A DNA stretch of 64,000 nucleotides, taken from contig OZ234493.1 of assembly GCA_965153455.1 (NCBI GenBank), positions 18,280,213-18,344,212 on the forward strand, in the 5' to 3' direction. Both the position numbers and the translations under genes were made by a program. The notes under the pieces are model-generated. The model did not search any database. It worked only from the letters and a program-made list of their open reading frames with translations, and was not told the origin of the DNA. Within the stretch, counting starts at the first letter, position 1, and every line of letters starts with the position of its first letter. Below are positions 25,541 to 38,953 of the stretch, piece after piece. Origin of the DNA: Sphagnum compactum. Lineage: Eukaryota.

Positions 25541-25918
25541 GAGCATCTCCACCAATGCTCAGTATATGACTGAGTACTCCTCAATGGAAATTCACTGCAA
25601 ATCTTAGATGAGGTTCATCAGTCCAATCCAGTGAATCCACTGGAAACCCTGAAAAAATCTACAGCTTTCAGAGCCCTGCAACAGTCTAATAGACACAATC
25701 AAATCAAACTTGTTGACTGCTGCCTGTTTCTGATTGGCTAGATGGTTTGATTGGTCTAAGTGGGTTGCTATCAGTAGTCTTGCCCTCAGTAGTCTGCCAC
25801 CTACTTGCAGTCCCAATTTTAGTTTTATGGGTGGGGTTGGAAAAGAGTTAGTAACTAAAACTTGGATGTGAGAAATATTTTTGCAGGGTCACATACTGAG
25901 CCAATGGTGGAGATGCTC
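25541..25918. mobile_element. PIF/Harbinger-type MITE (GAGCATCTCCA family)
   Basis: ~30-bp TIRs GAGCATCTCCACCAATGCTCAGTATATGAC / GTCACATACTGAGCCAATGGTGGAGATGCTC; flanks ATA/TTA. Confidence 0.8.
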
Positions 25919-26556
25919 TTATGCACATACACAAGTCCAAATACAGCTTCACTCTATTAAAAGTCTGCATTTAATCTAAAATACATACAGTGTACAATTC
26001 ATTTTCTCGCCGCCATTGAAGATGCTCTGCTTTGGAGTGTTAGTGTTTTTTTCAATAACCAAAGGATCTCCATGTACACTTCCAAACAGGCAGAGGCAGC
26101 TTTACCCAAAAGTTCCTTGGCAGCTTTATCCGAAAGTCCTTAGAGAGAACAAATCCCCAGGGGCTGGTTTGGCTCTTCAAGCCTCAATCAATCACAAAGG
26201 GCTAATAAAGTCCTACATAGGAGGAGATTTACAGTCCATATCTCTAAATCCCTCACCCTATATTAACTCCATGGTAGTAGCTATGTAGGTGCCCCAACAC
26301 ACAAATGTCCAGCATCAATACACATGCTGCAAGTGCCCACATTCAAGGGGAAAAAAGGGGCCCTAGGGTCTGCTCTTAGTGTGTAAGTAAGTCCTTTGGA
26401 GGTACAAATAATTGAGGAGGCTGTGGGGGAAAAAGATGGAATCATTCCAATTCATTTGTGTGGGAAGAAGAGAATAGTCAGTCAACAAACCAATTGCAAC
26501 TGTCGAGGATGCATGTCTAAGGTTACTTTTGAAAACCCTAGTTCCTGTCACTGATA

Positions 26557-26848
26557 CCAGGGGTTTTTTTTTTTTTTTTTTTCCAATCTTGAGAGGTAGG
26601 TGGAATGCTGATCATCCACAAGAAGACCTAACCAAATTTAGCTACAGGTTAGAGAGAAAAGTAGATATTGTTTGAAACCCCACCATGTATATATATATAT
26701 ACACTAGCGACATGCAAGAACTTATGGTTTAAATAAGGCCATTTCAAAAAATAAATAAATTCCCTTGGACCATTTTTTCCAAAAAAAAAAATCCTTTGTT
26801 AAAAAAGTCTCAAAAATCCCCTTTTTCTTTGGCCAAAAAAAACCCTGG
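26557..26848. mobile_element. Short non-autonomous TIR element (CCAGGG(T)n ... (A)nCCCTGG)
   Basis: Inverted termini. The internal ATCATCCACAAGA..TA(A/G)CCAAATTT..GCTACAGG core recurs at ~30620-30660 and ~30885-30925. Confidence 0.5.
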
Positions 26849-27263
26849 CATGTACACACTATTTTGGAGGATGAAGTTTAGCCTTTCAATGACAACAAAT
26901 TGAGTTTGGGACTTGTAAACATGCCCAAGATACTGTGACCTCTAACAGGACCACTGAAAGCAAATGACTGCGTTTGATTGGCCAACCATAAATGCTTGAC
27001 CCAGGTGGTGATATTTAAGTAGCCCTTCACTTTGTACACCGTCCAATTTTTCATGTTTATGGGTAGGGATGTGAGAATAATTACCACTTTATGTTGGATT
27101 TGATGAACACAGGTAGAGGCCCAAATAGGGAGTCATTGTGGAGGTGCTCTTCTGACTACCAGTTTATATAAACTCAAGTATCTTTCTTCGATAAACTCAA
27201 TATAATACGGTACCTATTTATAACAGGCTAGGAATTTCGTAAGGTTAGTTTGAGTCAAAAAAT

Positions 27264-27311
27264 TTCCATGTGGAAAAGCAAACAAATCTATGTTTGCTTT
27301 TCCACATGGAA
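27264..27311. repeat. Perfect inverted repeat, 21-bp stem and 6-nt loop
   Basis: TTCCATGTGGAAAAGCAAACA-AATCTA-TGTTTGCTTTTCCACATGGAA. Confidence 0.9.
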
Positions 27312-29504
27312 GCATTTCAGCCAGTTCACCAAACTTTAGAGCTGCATGTTTAATTGAATAAATTATTAAGAGTTCATTTTTAGTGCTGGGGTCAATGTTC
27401 TTCCCATGGCAAGATGCTCAAGTAAAAAAGGTTTCTTAATTTTTACTATTTTGTATCTATTCAAATTTATGATAAACTCTTTGAAATTGGATATTTTCCA
27501 ATGAAGGACATGTGCCATACAGATTTAAGGTTAATCCATTGAAGGGAACGGACGCAAGTGCAAATCTAATGGAGTCAATAATATCACTTATCGATCTTCT
27601 CCAGATAGTAAACTTTGTTCAATGCCAACTTTAAACTTTGTTAGCTACCAAATTGCATAAAATGTTCTAGAAACTTTTGGAAAGTTCAACAATGAATGAA
27701 AATTGACTCCAACAATGAGTGGGATTAAGACACTTGAGTTTGGGAAAGTTGGACAATTTATGAAAGTCTATGGATGTTGAAAAAGGTGGGATTTCATTTA
27801 TCATTTATCTCAATTACAATCAATTATCCAACTCTTTTTAGATTCAACCAACCTCGTAACCAACCTTGTGTGCTTGTTGCATTGAAGACTGAGTTGCATT
27901 TAACTGGTTGCACTTGTTGAAGCGCTTGCCCTTTTTTCTTTATCAACATTATTAAAGAAAAGCTCCAATCTGTTCTTGGAACTGGTGGGTCATTACAAAC
28001 TGGATGCTTCAATGAATTGTAAAAAGATTCAATCTTCTTTCTTTCAACTGCCAGCTTATTGCAGGAAAAAGAGGGTCAATATTGAAAAAAACTTCTCTCA
28101 AGTTGCCCCTTGTAGACACACCTTTTATTTTAACTTACCCAACTGGGTTGTTTGGAAGTGAACTTGTGCCCACAATTATGTGTAGGGTTACCAGAGTAAG
28201 GGCTCACTAGGGCAGGCCCAAATCTGGTAAAGCCCGCTGCTTAGGGCTTTATTGAGTGTAAAGACCATGCTCAGATTTTATTAAATTTAGTTTTCCATAT
28301 CACAAAATGGAATTTTTTTTTGATATGGGGATATTGAAAAATGGAATGCAAGCAAAATAGTTTTCCAAAATGTTTCAGTTTCCGAAATGCCCCTGAGGTT
28401 TTTACGCTGTGCAAAACTTTCTCTAAATACACTAAAAACATCTGAGGAGATCTTTACAGCCTCCAGTTAAGTTTTGGTGGGATATATGCACACACTAGAC
28501 TTCATCATATAAAAGAGGCCATTTTCACACCTCTTCTTGTGTAACTTATTACCTTTGTAGATCTCTCTCTCTCTCTCAGACTCTGGGCTCCCAGCTCGAT
28601 ATCCGTGAGTTGAAGACCTACTTGAAGGTTGCTTCAATAATTGTGGTGCCCATATTGAAAGGGCTTTGAATTCATGGTTCGAACTCAGAAAAAGTAGAGC
28701 AAAAGGAAGTGTGGCCCTGAAAATGGACAATGCTACTACTACTTATGGATGTGTGGAAAAAACCTAACACATATGATTCATCACTCAACAACAGTGAAAA
28801 TTGCAAATCTATAGAGATGATGGCACTATGGAATGGTGTGCTGAACATTGGTTCATTCTAGCCCAAAAGACATGATTGATGACCAGAAGCTTTGGACCAT
28901 GCATTGAAACATGCTGAAACAGTAGTTCTCTCTTTTTTTTTTCTCCCAGCTCTACTATGGGCAGCTACCATAGTCAAACTAAGTGAGTAGAGAGATTGAT
29001 GGTAGGCCATGAGTTTGGAACACCGTTAACTTTTCAACACTTAGCCAACTGCCAATTGTCTCTTAATTTTTGCTAATGTACCATCTGATCCAAGATAAGC
29101 CCTTCAACTGCTTTGCTTTGTTTGGAGTCGCAAAGCAATAATACATATGCCTCACCCGGGGACACTTAGTGTAAAGTTTGAGATCTACGGTTATCAAACG
29201 ACCATTTTAAAGGGGTATTAGATAATTGTTCAACTTATTTTTATCATTTTATTTTTATCGAAATTTTTAATATATACATATTAAAGCCACCCTATATTCA
29301 TTATTTCAGATTATTACATATTTTATATCATAATAAAATTAATTATTTAAATAAAATGTACCTTATTTTTTAATTAATTAACTTACGATTTTTACCCAAC
29401 AACCAATATATTGCACCCTATATTTTTATTTTTTATTTTTACTAGTGTCCTCTCTCCCTTTTGCACTCCTCCAAACTCTAGTAATCAATCATATCTTTTG
29501 CTTT

Positions 29505-29710
29505 GTTTGAGTGGTGAATGGTAATGCCTAAATTGAAAACCATGGGTGTCCTACTTTCAAGCTCGCATCCAAGAGTTGTGAAAACAAACATCTCAAAATT
29601 GACACAAGAATAATAGCTGTTTGAGTGGGGAATGGTAGTGACTAGATTGAAAACCATGGGTGTCCTCCTTTCCAGCTCACATCCAAGAGTTGTGAAAACA
29701 AACATCTAAA
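29505..29710. repeat. ~114-bp-period tandem duplication
   Basis: GTTTGAGTGG..AATGGTA..TTGAAAACCATGGGTGTCCT..ATCCAAGAGTTGTGAAAACAAACATCT occurs twice. This explains the repetitive ORF 29478-29705. Confidence 0.8.
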
Positions 29711-31728
29711 AGTTGATGGGAGATTAAGCACATAATTACACATTATACTCCTGTTCCATGTCCTCACTACTTGCCAATATCTCATGAAGTCGCACATTCC
29801 ATCAATTGAAGAAAGATGCAATGACCCAAATTTCCTTCCTTACTTTCATTAACGGATGGAATCTAATTATATTGTGAGGTAAGTAATGGAGGCTGGCTTG
29901 GAACCAATAATATCCTTATTAATAAACGAACAAAACTAGAGCATTTTCATGAGTATTTTTTCTTTTTCTTTTCTTTGGATACTTTGAATGCCTTTAGGTG
30001 ATTTGAAAATAGCCTATAAGTATATATGCTGAGATTCATTTTCAATGTTGTTGTAGAAATACGTAAAATCTATCAAAATTTGATCATTGGATGAAAAAGT
30101 GATGAGAAAATTTCATTCATTATGGATGAAAAAATAATGATATAATTTTCACAGTTTAAAAATAAATAAAATTTCAATACTCTGAAATTTGAATGGTAGA
30201 GCCCGAAATTTTTGCAACGTTCAAAATTTTAGAATGAATCAATTTTCAATTAAAAAAATTTGGACCCTAGACCCAAAAACCCTAAAAGTGTCCAAAAGTT
30301 ATACAAATGTGATATGTATCCTGAGCTATCAAAGTTGAAATGAAAAATGTGAAAATGAAATGATTTTTGGGGCAGAAGCTGAAAGAAAAGTTTGCAAATT
30401 TTCTATATTTGGTTCCAGTAAGGACCCAAAAATATGAAAGGACAATTAAAGAATTTATATTTTCGCATATAGTTTATAGCCAGATTTGACTAAATCTTCC
30501 TATTGATGATCCCCACTTTGGCCATTTTAATTTTATATAGGTAGAGGCTTTTTTTCAACTTTGTGAAGTAGGTGAACAAGTATTTTTTTGGGTCAAATTT
30601 GTGAGGTATTTGGGTTGGCAATCATGCACACCAGGAACTTAGCCAAATTTGGCAACACATTACACAAGACAATAGAAAGGTTTAAGTTTTACACTATAGT
30701 TTGGCAACATGCTACAACCTAGTGCCTGAAAGTGGTGATCTCAAAAAACATTTCCTCATAATGTGGCGACAGAGGTCCATTTTTAAAAAATAAGCTTTTT
30801 GAACCTGTTGCAAGCCCCTTTTTATGTGTTGCCACCAGGTTGCCAAATTTCGCCAAAACAATAAATCTCTGAGGTGAACTCACTATCATCCACAAGAGGA
30901 TTTAGCCAAATTTGGCTACAGGTCGTAAAGGAAAGTAGAAATGCTTTGGAAACCTGCTATATGATGGCGGCATTCTAGAACCGAATGTCTAAATCTAGCA
31001 ATTGCTAATTTTTTCGTTGAAATTTGGCGAATTTGGGGGATTTGTTTGCCCCAAAAAATCATTTGTGTAAGTCAAAGGCGCCATTTTACTTGTCCCCAAA
31101 AATTCGCCACAAAAAAAGAAAAAGAAATGAGAGGTTAAAGAAGAAATGAAGAAGGCTTTAATAATGAGCAAAATGTGAATGAAGAATTTTGGGGCAAGGC
31201 CAATATGATGATGATGATGATGATGAAACAAATGATTTGCAGTTCTTGAAAGGGAATGTAACACAAGGGTAGAAGAGAACTACGTTGCATGGAGTTGTTG
31301 GAGATGGCGGAGTGAAAAGGAAAAAGGAAGAGAAAGAGACAAGTCAGGAAGGAAATGAGACAAAGAGACAATCTTGGAGCCTGTGATGCACTTTTGCAGA
31401 ATTGAGCAGTAAAGACGGTGGGACCAGCACAAGTGTTGCTGCTGGCGAATTTTGGGTGGGGTCCTCCTCACTCGTGTGTGGAAAATCTGCATGTGGCGGG
31501 GTTTGGTCTGTTGTTCTCCTTGAGGTAGACCATGCAAGTGTCATCAGCTGCTAGCAAACTCCATAAGTCTCTTCACCCTCACTGGCTTTCAACCTCTGCA
31601 CTTGCATCTAGAGCTTCATCTGCTGGGAGTTCTCCCTCAGCTAAGTCTTGTTCTTTGGTTTTTGCCTTTCCTGGTTTCTGGAGAAGGAAGAAAGAAAGGG
31701 TCGGGGGGAATCAGTCAGTGTTCGCGAA

Positions 31729-34700
31729 ATGCCGATCGATTACATGGGAGAGGAGCCCAAGGGGAACAAAGGGAAACGGCTCACCATTCTCAGTATTGAT
31801 GGAGGTGGAGTGCGTGGGCTCATACCAGCCACCATTCTGGAGGACCTCGAAGGCAAATTGCAGGTAAAAACCACATTGTGAGGCACTTAGGGGGAAGGGG
31901 GAGGAGCTTTGATTCATCATTGAGACTGTGAACTGTGTGAGGGTCTGCGAAATTTTTTTTCCAACATAAATTGGTAGCTTTCTAGCTGGAGATAAATTGA
32001 AAGCTTCGAGATTGATTTAGGAATGTGGTAAAATTTGGAGGTTGATGCTTCTTGCTGTGTGCAAAAAGAGGAGTAAGTGGGTTGTTGGTAAAGCACACCT
32101 CATGAGATGCATGGGTAGTCCAGAATTCTAAGAAAGAGATGAGAACAATGAATGATTGCGTGCAGAGATTGGATGGGCCGGAGGCAAGGTTGGTGGACTA
32201 CTTTGATCTGGTAGCAGGTACCAGCACAGGGGGTTTGATCACAGCCATGTTAACTGCACCTAAAGATGACAGCAACAAGAAACCTGTCTGTACTGCCAAG
32301 GATGTGGTCCAATTTTACCTATGGTATTCAGCTCAAATCTTCCCTCATACTGGGTACTCTCCTCTCTCCCATTTCCAATATTCCAGTCCTCATCCTATCC
32401 GGACTACACTCATTTGATGCCTTCACTTGTGTACCTTGATCTGTTCTTTACCAAATGAATGTCTACAGCAGCTAGATGATGAGCCCCCTCAGAATTACAG
32501 AGAATATGGTGGCAAGAGTCTAGCCACCCCACCAGCAGTCTTCAACCTTAGCTTCTACAAAGCTTTCAATGTGCCCTTGGGCTCTGAGATATCCCCAAAC
32601 CAGGGACATGGTTGCAGAAAAGAAACCACCTTAGAAACTCCATTTCACCGTCTGAGTGAGTTTGTTTGCACAATCTCTTCAGGCACCCTGTCAGGCAGTA
32701 CCTGACATCTTCACAGGGGGGAACTGGGTTCCATGTTCATTTAGTAGTTGGCAAACATCAAGATCTTCCACATCAAGACCTTCTAGCAAGACATTGTTGA
32801 TTTTTGTAATATGCTGTGTATGGCTTCTTGTGAGTTGGTTGTAACCTTCAAACCTTTACAGCTGTTTCCTCAATCCTGCTTACAAATTCAACTTTCCAGG
32901 AGCAATCTGATGTAAGTAAGTTCTGCAGTCAATACCTGCAGAAAATGTGAAGAAAAGTTCACAGGATGCCCACCAATGTTGAAGGCTGGGGAGTACTAGC
33001 AAGCGAAATCTGAGCCACTAGAGCTGGTGGATTATTGGTAGACATGGAGTGGATACCGAGTCGCTCACTGGACAGGACTGTTTAAGAGAGGGGTGCTCCA
33101 AGTTGTTGGAATGAACTCTTATGGGAAGTTATCAACTCAATTTGTCCCTAGACATGGTGAGAAGAAACAAGTGTCGTGGAGCTGTTTTCAGGAGCTAATT
33201 TGAGTGTGGGCTTGATGATTGTGCAACAGAGGACTATTTAGCGAAAGTCGCCTGAATTTTAAGGCCCTCAATGGCCCTAGATACAAAGGGAGTGGCCTGG
33301 AGAGGATACTAAACAAATACTTTCCAGGCGAGCCACACTTGAGCACAGCTCTCACTTCAGTTATCATTCCAGCTTTTGACACCAAACTGCAGCAGCCTGT
33401 GTTTTTCTCATCATGGAGGGTGTGATCTTGCATCCCAACCCTGTGTCTTTCCTTTCAAGTCTGTATTCTTCTGGTTACTTGTTGATAGTTCTGTGCCCAA
33501 GCACACAATATGACATTGACTGTGAGCTCTTTGGGATGGTAGGTGTGATCCTGTATCCTTGCACTAAAATTTTCAACTGCTTTTGCAGGCGAGACTCGAT
33601 CCTCTAGAAAATGCACAGTTGACGCTGGTATGCCAGGCAACAGCAGCAGCTCCAACATACCTGCCACCAGTGCAGTTCACACTCACAAACTCCAGCACAA
33701 ATGAATCCCGGGACTTCAACTTGATTGATGGAGGTGTTGCTGTCAACAATCCGGTTTGTCTTGCCTTTGCTCAACTGCACTGAGACAAACATTGTTGAAA
33801 CCCTGCAAAGCTGTTGCATTGTAGACCAGAGCACCTTCACCCTCTTCACTTCAATCAAAAGCTTGCTTCTTTCCTTGATGATCATCTTGAGTAGATAGTC
33901 TCTCAATGTCTGTGGCAAAAGGAAATCTGTTTTGCTGAAGGGCAGAGATTGTGTGTGGAAATGACAGACGTATGTGGCCATCACACAAGCAATTAAGGAG
34001 GTGCAATCAGGTGGCAAATCTGCTGGAAGAGTGGCGTATGCGGTTAGTGATTTTGACTCTATTCTTATGTCTGTCTGTAACATCACATCCTGATATGTCT
34101 CAGAAACCCCAGTGCTACTTTTGATAGACAGGAGGTCAGATTCTGCAGCCGTCAGGCAATGTTCTCTTGTTGGTTTTTTGCACCACCAAAAAATGAAAAC
34201 CTTACCCTGAGAATGAAGCTCAGCCATTGCTGTGAGCTGGATTGGGATGGAGGTTTAAGCTCTGTTCTGCAGCCTTATGCCTAGAGCAGAGCAATTTGGT
34301 GCTGGATTCAGCAGCCAACAACTGGTTCCCTTAGGTGTATGCATCATTAAACCTGCAAATGGTTTAAAGAGTTTTTGCAAGAAATGGGAGTGATGTTGAA
34401 TTCTAACCATGTCAAAACCATGAAGAGCGTTTTTGCTCATTGCAGTTTTTTTGCAGTCTCCTACATAGTGGAGCTCTGAATTCTGGTTGGTTAGTTTGGT
34501 GGTCCAACTAAGGTAGTGTATCTGGTGGTTTCAATTGAGTGACACTTTCCCATGGAAAATGTGCAGAATTACAACGATCTATTAGTTCTCTCACTGGGCA
34601 CAGGACAGCAAACAGTAGGGTACACTGCAAAGCAGATATCCAAATGGGGTGTGCGTGACTGGCTCATCAACAAGGGTGATGCCCCACTGGTGGACATGGT

Positions 34701-36432
34701 GTACAACGCAAGTGCTGATATGGTGGACTACAACCTCTCCACCATCTTCCAGTCCCAGAATTGTGGCACCAATTACCTTCGTATCCAGGTACATGGCATG
34801 AAAGCACCAGAGTTGGACAAGGAGTGAAAATACCAATTTCTATTGTCTTCATTTTTCCTTACTGGAAGTGTGGCTATCATTGGCTGTGTAGTCTGTTTAT
34901 GTTCACCTTCAGGGGGTTTCTGACCAGATTTCTGGTCAAAAAGCTCATGAGCTTACAACAAAAAATGTTTGCTCACTGATTAGGGTGGAATTGCCCACAG
35001 TTACAGGTGCTAGAAACTCATTTGGGGTTGTAATTTCAGATGCTCTTTGAAGGAACTTGAAGGAGAGTTGTTTGCAGTTGTATTTCCAATGATGTGCAAT
35101 GTGTTGATTTCAAAATGCAGTCAGAGAATCTGAAGGGACGTGTAGCAGGAGTGGATGAAACCAGCCCAGAGAGTTTACACAGACTGATTAACTTTGCAAA
35201 AGATCTGTTAGATGAGCCTGTCTCGGGGCGGAACTTCCAAACTGGGAAGCTTGCCTCTATCAAAAACGCTGGAACAAACCGAGAAGCCCTTCACAGGTTT
35301 GCTGTCTTACCTCCAGTTCAAGACTCTCAGCAACTACCACCACATATGTGTGTTGTATCCCATTTCTAAGATCTTCAGAACACTGCTTTAAGCATTTCGC
35401 AGGTATCAAGTTCTTGTCATTCATGTCTAAAATATACTTATCAGTTTCCAGTTGTGCAAAAACATTCATTACCTGTGAAGTATGGTATGAGAAGAGCTTT
35501 CTGCAGTTTGACCTGGGAATCGTTAGTACTTGTGGGAGGATTTCAATAAGAGAGTAACAATCTCAGAGCTACCTGTGTTATTGGACAGGTTTGCAGAGTG
35601 GCTCTCAGCAGAGCGTAAAGAGAGATTAGCAGCACTTGCTGCTGCCATACCTACTGAAGAACCTGCCCCAGGGAATGGGGCAAGTGCTGAGGAGGCTCCT
35701 GCTGCTGAGGCTGCCCCAGAAAAGGCACCAAAGACTGAGCAGGCAGATGCAAAGCCCAGTGAAGCGAAAGCATCAGCATATATGGCCTTTCCTCATTCTT
35801 CACAGACATACTTTTATGCTCCCAGTCCGTATTCCACTCCTGTTTCCGAGCAATTAATGTTCAGAGGTTCTTCATTTGAATCTCCCTACTCATACTCAGA
35901 TCCTGTGTATGAATCCTCTACCTGTGATTCCCCGTACTCTTCTTCCTATGCTAAACCCTGTCACCAAGAGTACGATTCGTCATATTCTTCATACCCAAGT
36001 TCTACGTATGAATCATCTTATTCCTCAAATGCAAGACCGTTCTATGAGTCTTCCTATTCCTCATATGCAGATCCCTCTCAAGGATATTCCTCTTCATACT
36101 CTGAGCCAGTGTACGAGTCCTCGTATGCAAGACCTGTGCATGAGTCTTCCTTCCACAAGTCTCTTTCTTACTTTCAACCCAGTTATGAAACCTCATTCAG
36201 AGCTTCTGCGTACGAACAGTCTGCTTATGAGTCCACCGTCAGTACATTCTATGTTCCCCCACCCACATACCACTCTTCTTCCTCATATGAGGATTCGGAG
36301 TATGGGCAACCAGACTGGCACTCAGAGCATTCATACTCTATTCCCTCTACTCCGGCAAGATCAGAATCCTCTTACACCAGCAGCCACCAAATGCCTTCTG
36401 GGCTGCCTGATTTTCTGGGGATTTTCTCTTGA
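31729..36432 (+). CDS. Patatin-like phospholipase A (pPLAII-type) with Ser/Tyr-rich C-terminal extension, 664 aa, 8 exons
   Basis: Exons 31729-31863, 32166-32353, 33230-33419, 33589-33753, 33968-34042, 34567-34788, 35121-35296 and 35589-36432 total 1995 nt in an open frame, all GT-AG. Catalytic motifs are intact: [44 protein letters not shown] and NYLRIQ. Confidence 0.93.
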
Positions 36433-38389
36433 ATGGCAATTATGTAGCACTCTAATGTTCTTGGGTTATTTATCCTGTTAGCTTTATAAATATCCTAACC
36501 ATCTTTTCTGTACCACTGTAGTGTCCAAATAATGTGTGCACTGTTTGGAAACCCATCTCAGTAAAAAAAGTGCCCATGCAATTATAACTAGAATCGAGGG
36601 ATTATAGATTGACCTAACAAGACACGTTCAAGAACTACTTGATACTAATTTGCCTTCTAATTTGTCCACCCAAGAAAAACTCAGACGAGAATTGTCCCCA
36701 GCTTGTACAAGAGGTCAATCTACAGTCTGTACTTAAACAATAAAGCTGCATCTGTGAGGTGTTGTTTGTTTCTGTAAAAGCAATCTCTTATGGTGTTCTA
36801 TAGTCAGCTCCTTAGGAAAAATCACGTGCTTAGAGCAAGAGATTTCTGAAGTCAGGTGTACATTCTCATAGTGAATAATTATGTACAAACTGGTAAACAT
36901 ATTGATTTCCTCATGCCCGTGGTTTTTCAATAATTGTGCTGTCAAAGTCTAGGCTTACTAGCAGTTAATTTGATTGCTGCTTTGGCTCCAATAGTCAATG
37001 AACCTAGCATGTGAGAGATTTGTCTGTAGTTTTTCAAAGAGAGAGATTGGTGAAGTTATGGAGTTTAGGGGAATATTGTCAAAATTTCCTCAGCGTTTTT
37101 GACTGAAATTATCCTTTGCTTGTAACGGTACCTTGAGCAATGCTTACTACGTCACAATGAATGGGAGGTGGCAACTCTATTTGTTGAAGGTGGTTGGTGC
37201 TTCACATTGTCTAAAATTTTGGTTCTTCTTCTACATTCAAACATGTAAATTTCAATCCACATTATGAATTGACAAGGTGGTGAACTATGACCTAATTCAT
37301 CTACATGCCTTGGCAACCTGCCAACATTGACCTCATTCATTATATTCATAGCAACTAGTCCAACACATGACACATCGAAAGTGTCACGTGAGTAAGAAGA
37401 ATAACATTCAAGGTTGATTCCACATTTCATTTCAAATGATTGTTTGCAAAGGAACAGAAATTGTAAATGACATATTCATGAACTTAAAGTAGAAAGCGTT
37501 TGAGACCTAATTTCCAATTAATGAAGGCACCAATAAGCAAAATGGCTGATTGGAACGTTCATGTCAATATGAGAAGAAAATTTCAAATTTCTGAAAGACT
37601 CTTTAATTGCTTACAAAGTGAAACTTGTGCCTAGCAAACAAAATTTGACAGTACTTTTAGATGACCATGGAGGAAGAAAAATAGTGACATTCCTCACAAA
37701 GGATTTGCACATATCTTGTTTGATCTCCAAAAAAAATGGGGGTGTTCTCCAATAATGCACAATGATTGAACATGTGTGCCAAAGGTCTAAAGGTTCCTTC
37801 AGTAATGTTGACTGTAGTTCAGCAACAATTTCTGAAAGTCAATTGTCAAAATCTTCTGACTTGAGGATTAGTCTGCATATATCTTGGTGGGCATCGAGAG
37901 AAAAGGTTCCTTTTACAGCAATGACTGTAATGGGTCCACCTCAAACACAAGATCTGCTGAGTGTAAAAGTTCCTTCAGCTATGCTATTAACTTCATCATG
38001 ATGAATGTGAAATTTTGATGATATTTTTTTGAGATTGAGTCCTCAACATTGGCAAGTTTACAGTACTAGAGCCATGACCCCAACCTTCAAATGCAGTCCA
38101 TGTTGTGAACTCATTACTGATTTCAGTATGGCGTGGATGTTCAAGGCATATGCGAATGACTTCATATAGTACCAAAGGTTGTAGTTGAATCATGCATTCG
38201 ATCTCTCCCACATATCAAGAATATAGTTGCCTTCATTGGAGATAATTTGTGGAACAGGAATCGAAATGGCAGACATGGGATGTTCATGGTTGTTGAGAGC
38301 ATAGCAAATATCACAAAAGTCGCAAGTCAGGCATGTATGACAGTTCTAAAGCTGTGTGATAATAGGCACCCAATGACAACCATCGCAAA

Positions 38390-38953
38390 TCTATCTATGA
38401 AGGAAGGTAGTTTGTTTTGTAGTTATGAGATCCACTGAACCGGGATGCTTCAGATCGCGTTCTTGGTCTCTTTGGAAAGCTCTCGACGAGGAGGGGTGCA
38501 TGGGCTTGGTTTCATGGCGTTTGGACTTGCAATGGAGAAGTTCTTGAATATTGGATGATTTCTTCACTGAAAATTAAATTAAATCATAGCTGAAAGAAAA
38601 TTTCGGAGGAATTGGAATGTGCCTTTGGTGGTTTGGAAAGATCTTGATGAGCAGGATTTAATGGAATTTATTTGGTAAGATTTGGATTCAGAATGTGGGA
38701 GATATTGATTTTGAAGTGATTTCTGCCGCTGAAAATTCAAATAAATTCCAAAAATTTATTCCAGGTTTTGGAAGGAAAAATCAGTTGAGAACGTGGTAAC
38801 ACTTGAAGGCTTACCATTCAATTCAAGCAAAACTTCCTTTCATATTTGGCTGTTCAAAAAATGGATACATACATTGCAAAATAATGTTCACATGTTGAGT
38901 TTCCCTATTTTGTAATGGGTACACACTTGGGCTAATGGCACAAGCCACACTAG
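38390..38953 (+). mobile_element. Non-autonomous Helitron-like element
   Basis: Inserted between A and T, with 5' TCTATCTATGAAGGAAGG and 3' GGGCTAATGGCACAAGCCACACTAG|T. No TIR or TSD; related copies at 1860-2613 and 43520-43725. Confidence 0.6.

Noticed and set aside
33604-34227. 207-aa minus-strand ORF
   Set aside because: Antisense to patatin exons 4-5 and introns, with no recognisable motif.
35876-36481. 201-aa alternative-frame ORF overlapping the patatin tail
   Set aside because: Shifted reading of TCN/TAY-rich repeats rarely produces stops; no independent coding evidence.
37150-38380. Coding-looking minus-strand stretch (e.g. TVIAVKGT, vaguely lipase class 3-like)
   Set aside because: No GxSxG or other diagnostic motif could be found; needs BLASTx.
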